64,000 bases of DNA from Candidatus Bathyarchaeota archaeon (GTDB taxonomy: Archaea > Thermoproteota > Bathyarchaeia > Bathyarchaeales > Bathycorpusculaceae). Positions 60,860 through 64,000 of the stretch are shown here, one piece after another. The position numbers were made by a program, and so were the translations under genes. The stretch covers positions 1,216,001 through 1,280,000 of the forward strand of contig OY969706.1 of NCBI GenBank assembly GCA_963702095.1. Reading direction: 5' to 3'. Under the pieces are notes generated by a model. The model did no database searches. It had not been told where the DNA came from and saw nothing but the letters and a program-made list of their open reading frames with translations. The first letter of the stretch is position 1, and each line of letters opens with the position of its first letter.

Positions 60860-61121
60860 AAGTGGCTTTGATTTTTTCGTCAACCAGCTGGGCAATCATC
60901 AAATTAGAGATGAAAACGCAGCGGACACCCAAAAGCTCGGCGAGTTCAGCGGGTTTTTGGTCCTGCGTCACCAAAAGCAAGCCATGTTTGCGGGCGTACT
61001 CCACGACGCCGCGGTCTTTGGCTGCCTTGAGCCCCGCTTCCTGTGCAGTGACCACTTCGTAGCCGAGGGTTTCAAAGTATTCTTTTAAGCCAGCGTACAT
61101 CTCGTCGAGTAAAAGCTTCAT
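60849..61121 (-). CDS. DUF5615/Mut7-C-like PIN-domain protein
   Basis: LLLDEM...LGYEV...DRGVV...LVTQD. Confidence 0.8.
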   Translation of the reverse strand: MKLLLDEMYAGLKEYFETLGYEVVTAQEAGLKAAKDRGVVEYARKHGLLLVTQDQKPAELAELLGVRCVFISNLMIAQLVDEKIKATFKQ

Positions 61122-61173
61122 AGGCACCGCTACTTCAAAGGAGGCAAAAATATTTAGGGTTTGCCCAAAAGGG

Positions 61174-61809
61174 CTAATCGATAAGTAGCAGGGCGAATGA
61201 ATCCGCATTCGTAGTGAATGGGAACTGGAATGCTATGCCTGCGTTGGTTGCGGTTTTCTTTACGTTGACGCCTAACGCATCCTCAGACCATCTTGCAAGT
61301 TCCGGATGGCGGCAGACCTTGGTTTCCAAGTTGCATTTGTCGCAGAGTTGACAATGCCCCGAAACGAACGACACAGCTAAACTGTAGCCCTGTTTCATGG
61401 CAGCTTTCTCCAAATCCACCACGGACTCAAGCATCTTGCGTTTGTCGTCTTTCCAGTCTTGCCAGAATTTAGCAGCTTTCTCTTTGATGTCTTGGGGGGT
61501 GGTGGGGTCGGTTTCGTAGGTCATGAGGTGCTTGTAGACTTCGGGGTCGGCGGTAGCGTGGGTTGTGAACTTCATAAACATGGCGTAGCCGTATTCGCCG
61601 ACGATTCTGCGGAATTGCTCAGCTGTGGGCGTGTAGGGCGGGCAGGCAAGGGTTTTGCCGTATTGGTTGCAGCCTATTTTGCACTTCAAAACCACTCGGT
61701 CTTCAACCACGACTTTGCTGGCTGGAATAATTTTTGCGTCTGTTGCGCCTTTTTCGAGGGCTAATTTGACGAGAAACTGATATTTCTCAGCAGAATCTTG
61801 GGTTGCCAT
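61174..61809 (-). CDS. DUF2284 metal-binding protein
   Basis: KCKIGC..YG..LACPP, GHCQLCDKC, CRHP..R.S.DALG. Confidence 0.85.
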   Translation of the reverse strand: MATQDSAEKYQFLVKLALEKGATDAKIIPASKVVVEDRVVLKCKIGCNQYGKTLACPPYTPTAEQFRRIVGEYGYAMFMKFTTHATADPEVYKHLMTYETDPTTPQDIKEKAAKFWQDWKDDKRKMLESVVDLEKAAMKQGYSLAVSFVSGHCQLCDKCNLETKVCRHPELARWSEDALGVNVKKTATNAGIAFQFPFTTNADSFALLLID

Positions 61810-61880
61810 TCTAAATCACTTAATTCTGCTGGCTTGAGGGAGGCTGCTGATATAAACATTGGTCGAATGCAAAGCGGTTT

Positions 61881-62486
61881 TTATGTTGGATTTTCAGTTT
61901 TAGGTGTGTCTTTGGGCGTTTGCTTTTTTAGTTCTGCGATTTTGTGGTTAACTTCAATGAGCCGTTGCCGCATGTTCTTTATGTTTTCTGTGAGGTGTTT
62001 GCGGTGGGCTTCGAGGTTTTGGAGGGTTTGCTGGCAGGCTTCTTTGTCTTCGAGGAAGGGGCTAAACGGGGAGGGCATGTTAGGCAGTGGCGTTGCGGGT
62101 TCGATGTTTAGGACTTCTCGCGCGAATTCGCTGAAGAGGCCGCTGATGGTGTTGAAGATTTCGGCTTGTTTTACGATGGCGTGTTTTAGGATTGCTTGGC
62201 CTTGGGGGGTGATTTTGTAGACTTTTAAGCGGCGGTTTCTCTGGGTTTGCCATTGTCCTTTGATGTAGCTGCTTTTTTCGAGGTCACGCAGGATGGGGTA
62301 GACGCCGCCTGCGGTGGGTTGCCAAAATCCCTTGGTACGGCTGTCGATTTCTTTCATGATTTCATAGCCGTGGCTGGGTTTTTTGTTGAGCAATATGAGG
62401 ACGCCCATGCGGATGTAGCCTTTTTGGGCTTCTTTCATCCAGTTTGCGGTGGTTTCGTCTAATGGTTCGTGGCTGGGGGGTTTCAT
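61881..62486 (-). CDS. PadR family transcriptional regulator
   Basis: HGYEIMK...GGVYPILRDLE...YKITPQG. Confidence 0.92.
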   Translation of the reverse strand: MKPPSHEPLDETTANWMKEAQKGYIRMGVLILLNKKPSHGYEIMKEIDSRTKGFWQPTAGGVYPILRDLEKSSYIKGQWQTQRNRRLKVYKITPQGQAILKHAIVKQAEIFNTISGLFSEFAREVLNIEPATPLPNMPSPFSPFLEDKEACQQTLQNLEAHRKHLTENIKNMRQRLIEVNHKIAELKKQTPKDTPKTENPT

Positions 62487-62575
62487 TGGTGATTCGGATG
62501 TATAGTGTTTATAAGTAATACTTATATTTTACCGCAATATATTGCAATGAATAATATCTAAAAGTGGTCTCCACA

Positions 62576-63601
62576 ATGGATAACGGTAACATAATCGAGG
62601 TAAAAAACTTAACCAAGATGTTTGGCAAATTCACCGCAGTCGACGACATATCCTTCGACGTCAAAAAAGGCGAAATCTTCGGCTTACTGGGGCCCAACGG
62701 CGCCGGCAAAAGCACCACGCTGCGTATGCTAAGCACCCTCTCCCGTCCAACTAAGGGCACAGCCAGTATCGGCGGCTATGACACCGTAAAACACGACACT
62801 GATGTCCGTAAACTCATTGGCATAGTGTCCGAGAAAATGATCATTTATAACCGCTTAACTGCTAAAGAGAACCTTTCCTTCTTCGGCAGCCTCTTTAACA
62901 TCCCCAAAGACGTCCTCTCAAAACGAATCGACGAATTACTTGAACTTGTCAACCTCACAAAATTCAAAGACGCACAGGTCGGCACGTTCTCAACTGGTAT
63001 GCGTCAGCGAATGAACGTTGTACGTGCGTTGCTTAACATGCCCCAGGTGCTTTTCCTAGATGAACCCACTTTGGGTTTGGACCCACAGTCATCGGTCGAA
63101 ATTAGAGAGTTCGTAAGAAAACTCAACCAAGAACAGGGAACCACAGTCATCATAACCACCCACATGATGCTTGATGCGGATTTGCTCTGTGACCGCATAG
63201 CTATTGTTGACCACGGAAAAATCATTGCGTTGGACACTTCGACGAATCTTAAGAAGATCATTTCGGGAGCAGACACTATGATCGTTAAGCTTGAAGTAGC
63301 AAACCTATCGCCTGACATGACTGCAGCCATAAAAGCACTCAAATGCGTGGACTCGGCAACACAGGACAACTCTACAACCCTGCATGTTATTGTACATGGA
63401 GAAGAAGCATTTGATAGTATAGTAGATATTGTGAGGAAAAGAAACGGCAAAATAACTTCCATGGCAAATCTGCAGCCCAGCTTAGAAGACGTGTTTCTGC
63501 ACATTACTGGTCATGAGGTACGTGACAGTGCTGACCAGAAAATCAAGCAGGAACATGGGCCTGGGCGTAGGTTTGGTGGAGCGCAAAGGAGAGTAAGGTG
63601 A
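62576..63601 (+). CDS. ABC transporter ATP-binding protein (DrrA-like)
   Basis: GPNGAGKS, FSTGM, LDEPTLGLD, SLEDVFLHITG. Confidence 0.92.
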   Translation: MDNGNIIEVKNLTKMFGKFTAVDDISFDVKKGEIFGLLGPNGAGKSTTLRMLSTLSRPTKGTASIGGYDTVKHDTDVRKLIGIVSEKMIIYNRLTAKENLSFFGSLFNIPKDVLSKRIDELLELVNLTKFKDAQVGTFSTGMRQRMNVVRALLNMPQVLFLDEPTLGLDPQSSVEIREFVRKLNQEQGTTVIITTHMMLDADLLCDRIAIVDHGKIIALDTSTNLKKIISGADTMIVKLEVANLSPDMTAAIKALKCVDSATQDNSTTLHVIVHGEEAFDSIVDIVRKRNGKITSMANLQPSLEDVFLHITGHEVRDSADQKIKQEHGPGRRFGGAQRRVR

Positions 63602-63606
63602 GAGAT

Positions 63607-64000
63607 ATGACCGTATCAACTGTTCTCAAACATAGCTTAAGAATCGCACAGAAAGACTTAACAGAGTTATTCCGCAACCGACTCGGCTTAGTGCTTTTAG
63701 TCGTTATGCCACTGTTCATGATGGTTATGGTCGGCTTCATTTACCCAACCAACGGCACCATTAGCAACCTGCAGGTCGGCGTCGTCAACGAAGACACTGG
63801 GTTCCATGGAGACACAAATGCAAGTCAAGGGTTCTTCTTTGGTCTTAACCAAATCAACGATCAAACCCACATGCTAGTAATGACTAACGTAACTACATTA
63901 GCGGACCTCAAAGACCAGGTGCAACGTGGAGCTTTAGAGGGCGGCATCGTGATTCCCGCCAACTTTAGCCAGAGCGTCTTATCTGGGCAACAGGGCACTA
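63607..64000 (+). CDS. ABC-2 permease (partial, runs off window edge)
   Basis: MTVSTVLKHSLRIAQKDLTELFRNRLGLVLLVVMP..., open to the window end. Confidence 0.85.
   Translation, partial: MTVSTVLKHSLRIAQKDLTELFRNRLGLVLLVVMPLFMMVMVGFIYPTNGTISNLQVGVVNEDTGFHGDTNASQGFFFGLNQINDQTHMLVMTNVTTLADLKDQVQRGALEGGIVIPANFSQSVLSGQQGT

Noticed and set aside
60849-61121. PIN protein as half of a toxin-antitoxin pair
   Set aside because: No DUF433-like or other antitoxin gene adjacent
1-64000. Genome-wide TAG reassignment
   Set aside because: Many conserved genes here end at TAG at expected lengths (e.g. thpR, znuB-like, flavodoxin, nitroreductase)

Overview
Archaeal chromosomal window, most consistent with a Bathyarchaeia-like (TACK) genome. 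This is inferred from a split alpha/beta tRNA splicing endonuclease, an eL22-like ribosomal protein, DGGGP synthase, class I CCA enzyme, frequent TTG starts and many PQQ-propeller/NosD surface proteins. It carries core genes (lig, cca, thpR, glyS, two endA subunits, mtnA, nre, trxA, alanine dehydrogenase), an ahbABCD heme cluster with an Lrp/AsnC regulator, a secreted multicopper oxidase, transporters and three tRNAs (Asp, Arg, Ile). I found no CRISPR array, transposase or integrase. Several genes, including essential glyS, have 1-2 nt indels in short homopolymers, so the consensus probably contains long-read errors and all single-base oddities need read-level checking. The most notable unexplained signals are: two families of dispersed ~100-130 bp intergenic repeats with conserved hairpins (one copy truncates a gene); a tRNA-Arg with an 8-nt anticodon loop; an in-frame TAG in an otherwise intact NosD gene; a membrane-anchored CxxCxGxG/Mrr-like protein; a minimal kinase-like protein; a 41-aa Cys-rich protein with a structured leader; and a recurring pattern of 3'-only gene remnants. 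All alignments and domain calls were made by eye.
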